Shown: piece after piece, positions 7,903 to 15,135 of the stretch
How the letters are laid out: each line of letters begins with the position of its first letter
How positions within the stretch are numbered: the stretch's first letter is position 1
From: a virus
DNA: 43,955 nucleotides
Reading direction: 5' to 3' (one strand)
Virus genome (UHGV): UHGV-0152227
Notes under the pieces: model-generated
What the model was told of the DNA's origin: nothing
Database searches by the model: none
The model's input: only the letters and a program-made list of their open reading frames with translations
Translations under genes and position numbers: made by a program

Positions 7903-8160
7903 ATGCAGCAGTATCACTATCCACTGGAAGACGGATTTACCGAAAGGATTCACACGCCGGGAGGCGTCAGATCACTGGTGGAGGGATCGCACTTGATGAA
8001 ATTACTCCGGGATCTCGATAAGGATGGATTTAATGTCGATGGCCCACTTGCCGAACTGACTGCACTGATTAACTACGTCACCAGCTCACAGATGTCTATG
8101 CAGGATCTGCAAACACATCTCGACTATTGTGCCGAACAATTACGAAAACAAACCAGATAA
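7903..8160 (+). CDS. 85-aa stand-alone homologue of the antirepressor C-terminal domain
   Basis: GGAGA RBS 7 nt before the ATG at 7903. By hand alignment it is about 40 percent identical to the shared C-terminus of the 8476 and 41902 proteins (IH.P.GV..L.E.S.LM.LL..L..DG..V.G..AELT...Y...D.QTH..Y). Confidence 0.7.
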   Translation: MQQYHYPLEDGFTERIHTPGGVRSLVEGSHLMKLLRDLDKDGFNVDGPLAELTALINYVTSSQMSMQDLQTHLDYCAEQLRKQTR

Positions 8161-8191
8161 GGTTTGCAATTACCAAGTGGAGTGCTTATAT

Positions 8192-8238
8192 TTACCTTTG
8201 CGGTAAATTTACATCGCACTCCTCTTGTGCCATAGTAA
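8192..8238 (+). promoter_or_regulatory. operator plus promoter of the antirepressor-1 leader
   Basis: Perfect dyad TTACC TTTGC GGTAA (8192-8206), then TTTACA (8208-8213), 17-bp spacer, CATAGT (8231-8236). Confidence 0.5.
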
Positions 8239-8296
8239 TCGGGTACTGGCAAAATCCAGTGCCGGGATTGGCGTCCCGAGTTACTAAGTGGCGCAT

Positions 8297-8320
8297 ACCA
8301 CGCCAGACGTGGTTTTTTTA
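8297..8320 (+). terminator. rho-independent terminator/attenuator inside the antirepressor-1 leader
   Basis: Stem ACCACG (8297-8302) / CGTGGT (8308-8313), loop CCAGA, then a T6 run. Two more hairpins precede it (ACTGG..CCAGT and CGGGA..TCCCG). Confidence 0.7.
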
Positions 8321-8344
8321 TGCGTTAAGCACAGCTATATCCGA

Positions 8345-8420
8345 ATTATGGTGGGCTGGGCAGGGGTCCGAAAGGACGCCGGTACCACTTAGGCCGGTAC
8401 GCCAACCTTGTCCAGTTCAC
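8345..8420 (+). ncRNA. candidate c4-like antisense RNA 1 (boundaries approximate)
   Basis: ATGGTGG (8348-8354) is complementary to CCACCAT (8471-8477, includes the ant1 ATG). CCACTTAG (8385-8392) is complementary to CTAAGTGG (8457-8464, overlaps the SD). A closing helix pairs 8355-8362 with 8409-8416 (6 WC + 2 GU). No plausible ORF. Confidence 0.4.
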
Positions 8421-8475
8421 CACCAGTAATTGGCGTTGCGGTGGTGATTAAAATCACTAAGTGGAGATAACCACC

Positions 8476-9186
8476 ATGGCTAATGCTCAAACTGCCATCT
8501 TCAAATTTGAATCTGTTAACCCTATCCGTTCCATCATTATCGATGGCCAACCATGGTTTGTAGCCCAAGACGTTTGTAGTGCGCTGCGTATCCAAAACGT
8601 CACCCAAGCACTTGAAAAACTGGATGATGATGAAAGGTCTATGTTCAACATAGGGCATGAACATCGTGCAATTTTTGACAGCCGAGTAAAAGAGATCAAC
8701 ATCATCTCCGAGTCAGGCCTCTACACACTGATCCTCCGCTGCCGCGACGCAGTGACACCAGGCACTATCCCCTACCGCTTTCGTAAATGGGTTACAGGTG
8801 AGGTTCTTCCTCAGATCCGCCGCACCGGAAGTTACATTAAAAACTCGCTCCCGCAGGAAGAACGCATAAAGATGGTTGCCGACCAGGTTGCAAACGCCAC
8901 AGCATCAGCAGTGATGCAGGCAATGAAGATAGAGAACAAAACCTACAGCGCCCCACTGAAGCCCGGCTACCGTAGCCTGATTCATTCGCCGTCTGGTGTT
9001 CTCGGCCTGACGGAGAACTCACTGCTGATGAATCTGCTGAACCAGTTACAGGAAGACGGGCACGACGTATCGGGCGCGGCGGCGGAGCTGACCACCATGT
9101 TCTGCTACATCGTCGGTGTGAGCAAATGCCTGCGTGATATCCAGACGCACGCGGAGTACATCAACGACAAGGCTGGGTTCTTCTGA
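8476..9186 (+). CDS. antirepressor 1 (BRO-N N-terminal domain + shared C-terminal domain)
   Basis: BRO-N signature (FESVNPIRSIIIDGQPWFVAQDVCSALRIQN...SESGLYTLILR). GGAG RBS 9 nt before the ATG at 8476. Confidence 0.8.
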   Translation: MANAQTAIFKFESVNPIRSIIIDGQPWFVAQDVCSALRIQNVTQALEKLDDDERSMFNIGHEHRAIFDSRVKEINIISESGLYTLILRCRDAVTPGTIPYRFRKWVTGEVLPQIRRTGSYIKNSLPQEERIKMVADQVANATASAVMQAMKIENKTYSAPLKPGYRSLIHSPSGVLGLTENSLLMNLLNQLQEDGHDVSGAAAELTTMFCYIVGVSKCLRDIQTHAEYINDKAGFF

Positions 9187-9210
9187 CGGGCGGCGGCACA
9201 GGGATGTGCC
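8944..9210 (+). repeat. 267-bp direct repeat, copy 1 (3' third of antirepressor 1 plus downstream hairpin)
   Basis: About 97 percent identical to 42378-42646. About 7 base differences were counted by eye in the coding part, and all are synonymous. Confidence 0.9.
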
Positions 9211-9230
9211 TTTAAATAATTCTGTACAGA

Positions 9231-9273
9231 TTGCAGACTGTGGGTGAATAGCGTACTATTACCTCAAGGGTAA
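9231..9273 (+). promoter_or_regulatory. promoter plus operator of the toxin-like pair
   Basis: TTGCAG (9231-9236), 17-bp spacer, TACTAT (9254-9259). Perfect dyad TTACC TCAAG GGTAA at 9259-9273, abutting the -10. Confidence 0.55.
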
Positions 9274-9333
9274 ACGGATTGGTTTCATTTTTATTAATCC
9301 GTGTAATGAACTTATGAGATATGAGGTAATGTC

Positions 9334-9513
9334 ATGCGAAACGAAAAATTGCAGATGCGTAGAGCGCAAGCTGCCGCAAGACGTTCTTTCAATGGAAGCG
9401 TAGAGTACGTAAAAGTTACTATGACAAAAGATCACGCAAGTCGCGTATCCCGCGCTTTCTTTGATTCTCGTAACAATAAGGAAAATTATGAGTTCGTCTG
9501 CGTCGCAGAATGA
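9334..9513 (+). CDS. 59-aa basic protein, candidate antitoxin/regulator (below the ORF-track size cut-off)
   Basis: ATG at 9334 with a GAGGT RBS 6 nt upstream. MRNEKLQMRRAQAAARRSFNGSVEYVKVTMTKDHASRVSRAFFDSRNNKENYEFVCVAE. Its 3' end overlaps the next gene start by 26 nt. Confidence 0.45.
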   Translation: MRNEKLQMRRAQAAARRSFNGSVEYVKVTMTKDHASRVSRAFFDSRNNKENYEFVCVAE

Positions 9514-10033
9514 TAAAAATCAAATTGTCAGATATAAGGGTCGAGTATTGCATACGCAAAATTTCTCGGCCCTTTGTGCATCTGATCTTGAGCTGAAGAA
9601 AGTATCTGATGCCTTTACCCAGTATTGGAAAACGGGATACCATCCATCTCTTGGTAAAGATGCTGCATTTGCTCGTCCGACAGAAATGCTTAAACTAAAT
9701 GTCAGGCATACTCATGTCGATAACCAAGACTATATTCCAGAAGATAGTGATAAAAAACACACTGGTAAAAAATCATCTTGGGATGCATGGAAAAATATAG
9801 CGTCTGTGCAAGTAAAATGCATACCAACAAGTGATTGCTTTTTAGTTTATTCGGTAAATCACAATCGTGATGCGCTGGTTATGTTTTTTGTTGACGCAGA
9901 TGCCCACAACATAACTGAGCAAGAAGAGTTTAAAGAGGCAGCAATCACTATCAGTTATCAATTCTTTCAGAAAACAAAAACAGAACCAATGCCTTTAGAA
10001 GAAGATCTTTTTTCTGATAAATGGAAGGAATAA
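9488..10033 (+). CDS. YafO-like toxin-family protein (tentative), 181 aa
   Basis: AAGGA RBS 6 nt before the ATG at 9488. By remembered alignment to E. coli YafO: SLGKDAAFARP..LNVRHTHV matches IFGRDALYDD..ERVAHIHL, and PTSDCFLVYSV...ALVMFFVDADAH matches RTNDEAHLVYC...AWLLIAILKPEPH. Confidence 0.5.
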   Translation: MSSSASQNDKNQIVRYKGRVLHTQNFSALCASDLELKKVSDAFTQYWKTGYHPSLGKDAAFARPTEMLKLNVRHTHVDNQDYIPEDSDKKHTGKKSSWDAWKNIASVQVKCIPTSDCFLVYSVNHNRDALVMFFVDADAHNITEQEEFKEAAITISYQFFQKTKTEPMPLEEDLFSDKWKE

Positions 10034-10055
10034 GCCCGCGTTGCGGGCTTTTTTG
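10033..10055 (+). terminator. rho-independent terminator after the toxin-like gene
   Basis: Stem AGCCCGC / GCGGGCT, loop GTT, then TTTTTG. Confidence 0.85.
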
Positions 10056-10085
10056 TGGACGAAACAAAAGTCAGTGCTACACTCA

Positions 10086-10113
10086 TTGACGCCACATTGA
10101 GGTGGCTTATAGA
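10086..10113 (+). promoter_or_regulatory. sigma70-type promoter of the small secreted peptide gene (no operator)
   Basis: TTGACG (10086-10091), 16-bp spacer, TATAGA (10108-10113). Confidence 0.4.
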
Positions 10114-10126
10114 TGGAAATTTCACA

Positions 10127-10288
10127 ATGAAAAAAGCATTTGCTGCACTGTTCGTTTTGTTGTCTCTGGTAGCTTCAACTCAGGCCTTTGCCGGTCGTTG
10201 TCAGCACGACAGCGATACTGCCGCTGACGGCTCCCGCTGCGGTGGGCGTTCTGCGGATTCCCGCCCTGGCGGCGGTGGCATTCGTTAA
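10127..10288 (+). CDS. 53-aa secreted peptide (signal peptide + 31-aa Gly/Arg/Asp-rich mature part with 2 Cys)
   Basis: MKKAFAALFVLLSLVASTQAFA|GRCQHDSDTAADGSRCGGRSADSRPGGGGIR. GC-rich, with its own promoter and hairpins on both sides. Confidence 0.55.
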   Translation: MKKAFAALFVLLSLVASTQAFAGRCQHDSDTAADGSRCGGRSADSRPGGGGIR

Positions 10289-10293
10289 AAACA

Positions 10294-10311
10294 AGGCCGC
10301 GAAAGCGGCCT
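10294..10311. terminator. terminator hairpin between convergent genes (T-run only on the minus strand)
   Basis: Stem AGGCCGC / GCGGCCT with a GAAA loop. The minus strand continues TGTTTTTA. Confidence 0.7.
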
Positions 10312-10324
10312 GTGACATGTCACA
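10311..10324. repeat. palindrome TGTGACATGTCACA (copy 1 of the GTGACATGTCAC element)
   Basis: Perfect 14-bp palindrome directly between the stop codon of the 186-aa gene (10325) and the terminator hairpin. Confidence 0.9.
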
Positions 10325-10885
10325 CTACATTGATATATGATTCATAAAGTAGCTTAAAGATTTACTTCCCAGAAAAGAAATTTCTTTTCCTGGATATGTC
10401 GCAATAATTGAGCATGACTTATCCCCGTTAGAGGTAACAAATCCTGAATAACCTACTTGTTCTTTACCATTTTGTTGCTTGGCTAAAAAGTAGAGGTAGC
10501 TTATCTTTTTGCCCTCTGGGTAAAACTCTGCCAAACCAGTATCGGTGATTGAATATTTTATTCTCCCGCCTTGAGTAACGTTTTCCATCTCAAGTTTAGC
10601 TATGTCTTTTCTGTTGTATTCAGCATTGATTTTCCTTTCGAAATCAATGTTGTTTTCAAATGAGTAGGAAGCAACAGTCTGAATAGATGGGAACACGTTT
10701 ATCTGGATGCCTCCACAGTCGGCACAGGTATAAAGGTATGAATCAGATGGAATCCCCATAAAAGAAAACTGAGTTACCTTAAATTTATCGCTATCTCCAA
10801 AGTATTGAAGTTCGCATTTAACATTTTGCCCTGCAAAAGAAAATGCAGACATCAATATTGAAACAAAAAATATAATTGCCTTCAT
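10325..10885 (-). CDS. AT-rich secreted/periplasmic protein of unknown function (186 aa)
   Basis: Signal peptide MKAIIFFVSILMSAFSFA|GQ. Its start lies 2 nt after the stop of the 850-aa ejection protein gene (TAATAATG), yet the base composition is clearly more AT-rich than the late operon. Confidence 0.75.
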   Translation of the reverse strand: MKAIIFFVSILMSAFSFAGQNVKCELQYFGDSDKFKVTQFSFMGIPSDSYLYTCADCGGIQINVFPSIQTVASYSFENNIDFERKINAEYNRKDIAKLEMENVTQGGRIKYSITDTGLAEFYPEGKKISYLYFLAKQQNGKEQVGYSGFVTSNGDKSCSIIATYPGKEISFLGSKSLSYFMNHISM

Positions 10886-10887
10886 TA

Positions 10888-13440
10888 TTATTTACCTAGC
10901 ATGAACTGCGATGGTGGGATCAGAAAGTCGTTACCCTGCTCACGCTCAACACGGCGCTGATAACGCTCAAGAGAGCCTGGGTCAAGGGCATCTTGTATCC
11001 GGTTCAATATTAAACCATTCATCGCCGTACGAAGCCAGAACACGTTGAGGAATGGCGTATTGTCAAGTGCCGTGCGATACCAGTCACCCAAATCTGCATC
11101 CCCTCTCGTGGTCTGCTGGAGCAGCGTGATAATGCTGTCAGCGTTCGATGCTGCTGGCCCCATTAGCGACGTAACCGGCCCGGCCCCCATGCGGTTGACC
11201 TCGCCAAACATGAAGTCACCCAAGATGCCAAGACCGCCCCCCTGAGATGCGGCTGCGAGAAACGTCTTGGCATCTGCCGGGCGTGGTGTTTGCCCTTTCA
11301 GCATGAGTTTTGACTGCATGGAGATATAACCAAACATAGTCGCCCAGACAAAGAGGTTTGCAGCACCAAGGAAAGCCCCCTTCCCGTTACGTAGCAGCGC
11401 ATTCGTCAGCGATCCGGTTTTCGACTCACCAAGCCCAGCAGGAATATAACCACGCCCGAATACTTCGCGTCCTAGTACGTTCTGCATGAAGCTTGCAGTG
11501 AACGATTTGTACTGACCAGCGAATCGTATTGCTTCCCCAGCCACCGTTCCTGGCACCGTGCCCATCTTCATAAACGCCTGCGTGCGATCGCCAGGCTCTG
11601 ACATGGCGATATTCAGGCGGTCAAGGATGTAGCCGCGCAACTGCCCTTCCAATTGATCGCGTGCGTCAGCGATAGCGCGCTGCGTTGGTTTGATCCCCTT
11701 ACTCTCTACATAACCGGCAATCACTTCGTCAGGCACGCCGCGGATGCCGCTGGTCGTCATGAACTTACGACCTTCGCTATCGGCCATGTCCATGTTGCGA
11801 AAAATTTCCCACTCACGTTCGCCAATACCGTGCAGATCCAGCACGCGTCGCAGGTCTTCCGGTAGCCGCGCATGAGACTGGTCAGCATTCTTTGCAAGCC
11901 AGTTGGTTATCATCATGGCGTTGCTGTTGCGACCGCTCTCGGTCCAGAAGTTCATGAGGTTGTACTTAAAGAAAAGCTGCTGCGCGCGACCAAGCTTTCC
12001 ATTCAGCGTGTCATCACCAGATATGCGCCGGATGATTTCCTGCGTCATGGAGTCGGAATAAACTCCGATAGAGGAAAGGATCTCTTTCTGCTCCGCGCTG
12101 TTGTAACGCGTGAAGCGGCCTCTCATAGCACCAAGCAACGCCTGCATAAAATTCTGCCCTTGGTAGCGCATCTCGGTAGCGGCGATAGGCACGTCGTTAA
12201 ACGATGAGATTACCGCGCCACCAAGTTGGCTCATACGCAACCAGCCGCGTACAGCCGCCGACGCATTGGCCCAGCCTACGCTGCCAGGAATATTTAGCGA
12301 GCCGTCAACCTGCGGCATTACGGTACGGTTAATGCGACGCACCTTCGTCATGTAGTCAGCCAACGCTGCCGGTCTTCCGGATTTGCTGATATCTTCAGCA
12401 ATGGCGTCCGTCAGGTACTTAAACATGTTCTGTGGGTTAGTGCCCAGTACGCGCATCATGCCCGTTGTGCGGGCAGCGCTGTTTAAGCCACCAAACAGCG
12501 CTTCTCGCAGGCTGCCGGTGCCGAATTGCTGGTTGTACTCGTGCCACGAGATACCATCTTTGAAGTGCAAAATTCGCTCTTGGCTGGCGCGTTTAGCTGC
12601 GTTCGCCGATCCCTTAAAGCCATTCATCCAATCGGGCTTTTCAGATGTAAGATGCACGCCGGAAGCCAGCCCGTTATAAATGTTACGCGTGAACTGCTCG
12701 CGGTCAGCCACGCCGTCAAAAGTGCGCTCATCAAGGCGCGGGAGAATAGCATTTCGCCATGCTTCATAACCTGCGGCGCGGATCTTCATGATGTCGTGTG
12801 ACTGGCGCACTATATAGCCCGGCTCTTTGCGTATCCATGCCCCGGCGCGGTTCTCATCAATGCGCGCAGTTTCCTGCCATTTCATGATGATTTGTGCAGC
12901 GCTTACGGATTGCTTTGTCATACCGTCAGTTGACTGCCCGCGCCCTATGCGCCACATTGCATCGGCAATTTCCCGGTCATTGCTGCCGCTGGCGATGAAT
13001 TGCACCAGCCCGGCACGGTCAAAATCGTAGTTGATACCGGAATGATACTTGCCGCGCAGTTGCGCCACCTCCGAAGATACCGACCGGCGGGCGCCGGTAC
13101 GCGCATCGTTGCGGCCAACCAGCATTGCTTCAAGCCCGATATCCGGGCGGTCTTTCCAGATAGTACGAAGCTCTCTAAGTCGTTGTGCGGCAATACGGGC
13201 GTTGATTGCCTTATTGCGAGCCTCAATCTGTTTTGCCAGCATATCGGCATTGCTCAGTTCTTCCGCTGCGCGCATCGCGGCCTCTTCCAGAGACAGCGCC
13301 TCATTGGTCGCCAGAATTCGCCTAGTGGTGTCGTTCATGTCACGCACCAGCGACTCCATCTCATCGGAAGAAAGCTCGCGACCAGCGGCAGCATTTACAC
13401 TGCGCTCGCACTGCGTCAAAAATTCGTTTGCTGCCATCAC
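10888..13440 (-). CDS. large internal virion / DNA-ejection protein (850 aa)
   Basis: Long ORF in the late operon downstream of the other internal proteins. Its C-terminal third has hydrophobic Gly-rich segments. Position resembles the epsilon15/T7-type core proteins. Confidence 0.7.
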   Translation of the reverse strand: MMAANEFLTQCERSVNAAAGRELSSDEMESLVRDMNDTTRRILATNEALSLEEAAMRAAEELSNADMLAKQIEARNKAINARIAAQRLRELRTIWKDRPDIGLEAMLVGRNDARTGARRSVSSEVAQLRGKYHSGINYDFDRAGLVQFIASGSNDREIADAMWRIGRGQSTDGMTKQSVSAAQIIMKWQETARIDENRAGAWIRKEPGYIVRQSHDIMKIRAAGYEAWRNAILPRLDERTFDGVADREQFTRNIYNGLASGVHLTSEKPDWMNGFKGSANAAKRASQERILHFKDGISWHEYNQQFGTGSLREALFGGLNSAARTTGMMRVLGTNPQNMFKYLTDAIAEDISKSGRPAALADYMTKVRRINRTVMPQVDGSLNIPGSVGWANASAAVRGWLRMSQLGGAVISSFNDVPIAATEMRYQGQNFMQALLGAMRGRFTRYNSAEQKEILSSIGVYSDSMTQEIIRRISGDDTLNGKLGRAQQLFFKYNLMNFWTESGRNSNAMMITNWLAKNADQSHARLPEDLRRVLDLHGIGEREWEIFRNMDMADSEGRKFMTTSGIRGVPDEVIAGYVESKGIKPTQRAIADARDQLEGQLRGYILDRLNIAMSEPGDRTQAFMKMGTVPGTVAGEAIRFAGQYKSFTASFMQNVLGREVFGRGYIPAGLGESKTGSLTNALLRNGKGAFLGAANLFVWATMFGYISMQSKLMLKGQTPRPADAKTFLAAASQGGGLGILGDFMFGEVNRMGAGPVTSLMGPAASNADSIITLLQQTTRGDADLGDWYRTALDNTPFLNVFWLRTAMNGLILNRIQDALDPGSLERYQRRVEREQGNDFLIPPSQFMLGK

Positions 13441-15134
13441 ATCCCCCGGTTAATCATACAGGCGGCAAATGCCCGGAAAGCGTTGCTCATGCTATTGTCG
13501 CTGGCGTCGGCACGAATATCATTGAGTTTCTGGCGCAACGTGGTCGCAAGATCAGGGTTATCGACAGCGATATCGTCAAGCAGGGCGTTACTCAGGTTGA
13601 GCTCGTTATCAAGGTCTGCAGCGGCAGCGGTAATTTCATGATCTGCCTTTTGCGTTTCTTGATAAACCCGATCGGCTGTTTCGCTTGCTGGGCGAGCCGT
13701 TTCATCAACCTGCCGTGCCGGGTTCTGTATGCGATGGATGGCGCGTTCACGCAGTGCCGGTTTGTGCAGTTCATAGAAGGGCTCAACATCTGGGCTACGT
13801 CCTTCCATCATGTGTGCCAGCGCAGCGCGATACGCCTGCTGGTTCACGTTCCAGTCAGCATCCCTGATGGCGCTTGCGGCAGTGCGAACTGCGCCAGCGA
13901 CCGGCGACATCTGCATGCCGTCCAGGATCTGCTGCGCACGCTCGGAAATGGTGACTTTCAGGTCGTCTGGGATCTCACCGCGGGAAATCTGAGACTGGCG
14001 CCAGCGCGCCTGCTCTGCTGTCGCGTTCTGCTCCAGCGATGTGTTGATCTCCTGATTGCGTGCAGCGATGGCGTCTTTCTCGGCCTGAATCTCTTTCAGT
14101 GCCCTAGAGCGCGCATCCTTAAACTTCATCCGCTGCCCCTGATACTTTTTGGTGCGCTGCTGCAGCGTCGCATCAAGCGAGTCAGCATGACGTTGATTAG
14201 CCGCAAGCTCGGCACGCAGGTCGGCAACGTTACCGATCTGACCGCTCTGTAATTCCTGCTGGCGCGCCATATAGTCAGGAACCACGTCGTCATAAGCCCG
14301 GCTGTATGCGTAGCTCTCCGCTTCACTGGAAATGGCCGCCGCCAGATCTGCGTTAGCGCCAACCTCAGGGATATTCACGCCCGCCGGAATGTTGTCAGGC
14401 GTTATCACCGGGGTTGGCTGCGCATCGCCAGAAAACGCCGGGGACTCTCCCGTTGCAGCATCGGGAACGCGACGCGGTCGCACGATATCGGCGATAAGGC
14501 CGCCGCCGGCATGCATTAGACCGCCAGCCATCGTGTTAAAGAAAGTACTTTCCAACGCGTTGCTATAGGTGAAGTCGTCACCTTCCGCCGCCGCTGCCAG
14601 CCCGGTAAGCGGCACGGTCACCACCGCCTGCGCTGCCCCCATGCGTGCACCAGCAACAAATCGCTCGCCAAATCGGCCAAGCACAGAAGCCGCCTTTGCT
14701 TCTCCAGCGAACGGAACCAGCGCCAGCGCCACGTTACCAGGATCTGCCATTGAACCAGCTAGGCTGGCTGCGAAATTAAGCGGCGTGGCTACCCATCCGC
14801 TCGGTGCCGACATCGCGATCTGCTGGCGTGCCAGAGAATCTTTGCGTTCGGCAATAACATGATCGAGAAAAGCCTGCGTAACGCCAGAATCTGGCACGTT
14901 TATGCTCTTTACGCCGTACTGCTTCAGGAGCTCATCCGCTTCCTGCTTACTGATAACTGTAGAGTTTGGGTCATTCGCCAGCGAGTCGGCCTGCGCAAAG
15001 CGGTAGCCGGACATGACCGGCCCCTCTTCAAATCCCTGCTTAAGGGAAGAAAGCAGCGATTCGCCAAGCCCTGCTGGCGCGTTGCCAATTGGCTGGTTAA
15101 TTCCCTGTCCCGGATCATCTGTGTAAATTGGCAT
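13437..15134 (-). CDS. internal virion / ejection protein (565 aa)
   Basis: Overlapping start/stop junctions with both neighbours. Ala/Gly-rich N-terminal half and a coiled-coil segment. Function is inferred from position only. Confidence 0.65.
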   Translation of the reverse strand: MPIYTDDPGQGINQPIGNAPAGLGESLLSSLKQGFEEGPVMSGYRFAQADSLANDPNSTVISKQEADELLKQYGVKSINVPDSGVTQAFLDHVIAERKDSLARQQIAMSAPSGWVATPLNFAASLAGSMADPGNVALALVPFAGEAKAASVLGRFGERFVAGARMGAAQAVVTVPLTGLAAAAEGDDFTYSNALESTFFNTMAGGLMHAGGGLIADIVRPRRVPDAATGESPAFSGDAQPTPVITPDNIPAGVNIPEVGANADLAAAISSEAESYAYSRAYDDVVPDYMARQQELQSGQIGNVADLRAELAANQRHADSLDATLQQRTKKYQGQRMKFKDARSRALKEIQAEKDAIAARNQEINTSLEQNATAEQARWRQSQISRGEIPDDLKVTISERAQQILDGMQMSPVAGAVRTAASAIRDADWNVNQQAYRAALAHMMEGRSPDVEPFYELHKPALRERAIHRIQNPARQVDETARPASETADRVYQETQKADHEITAAAADLDNELNLSNALLDDIAVDNPDLATTLRQKLNDIRADASDNSMSNAFRAFAACMINRGM

Positions 15135-15135
15135 G

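Noticed and set aside
8127-8429. 100-aa plus-strand ORF in the antirepressor-1 leader
   Set aside because: It reads straight through a rho-independent terminator and several hairpins, lacks an RBS, and its start overlaps the end of the upstream gene. The region is better explained as regulatory RNA.
9419-9643. 74-aa minus-strand ORF
   Set aside because: It is antisense to the overlapping junction of the putative antitoxin and toxin-like ORFs, and has no RBS.
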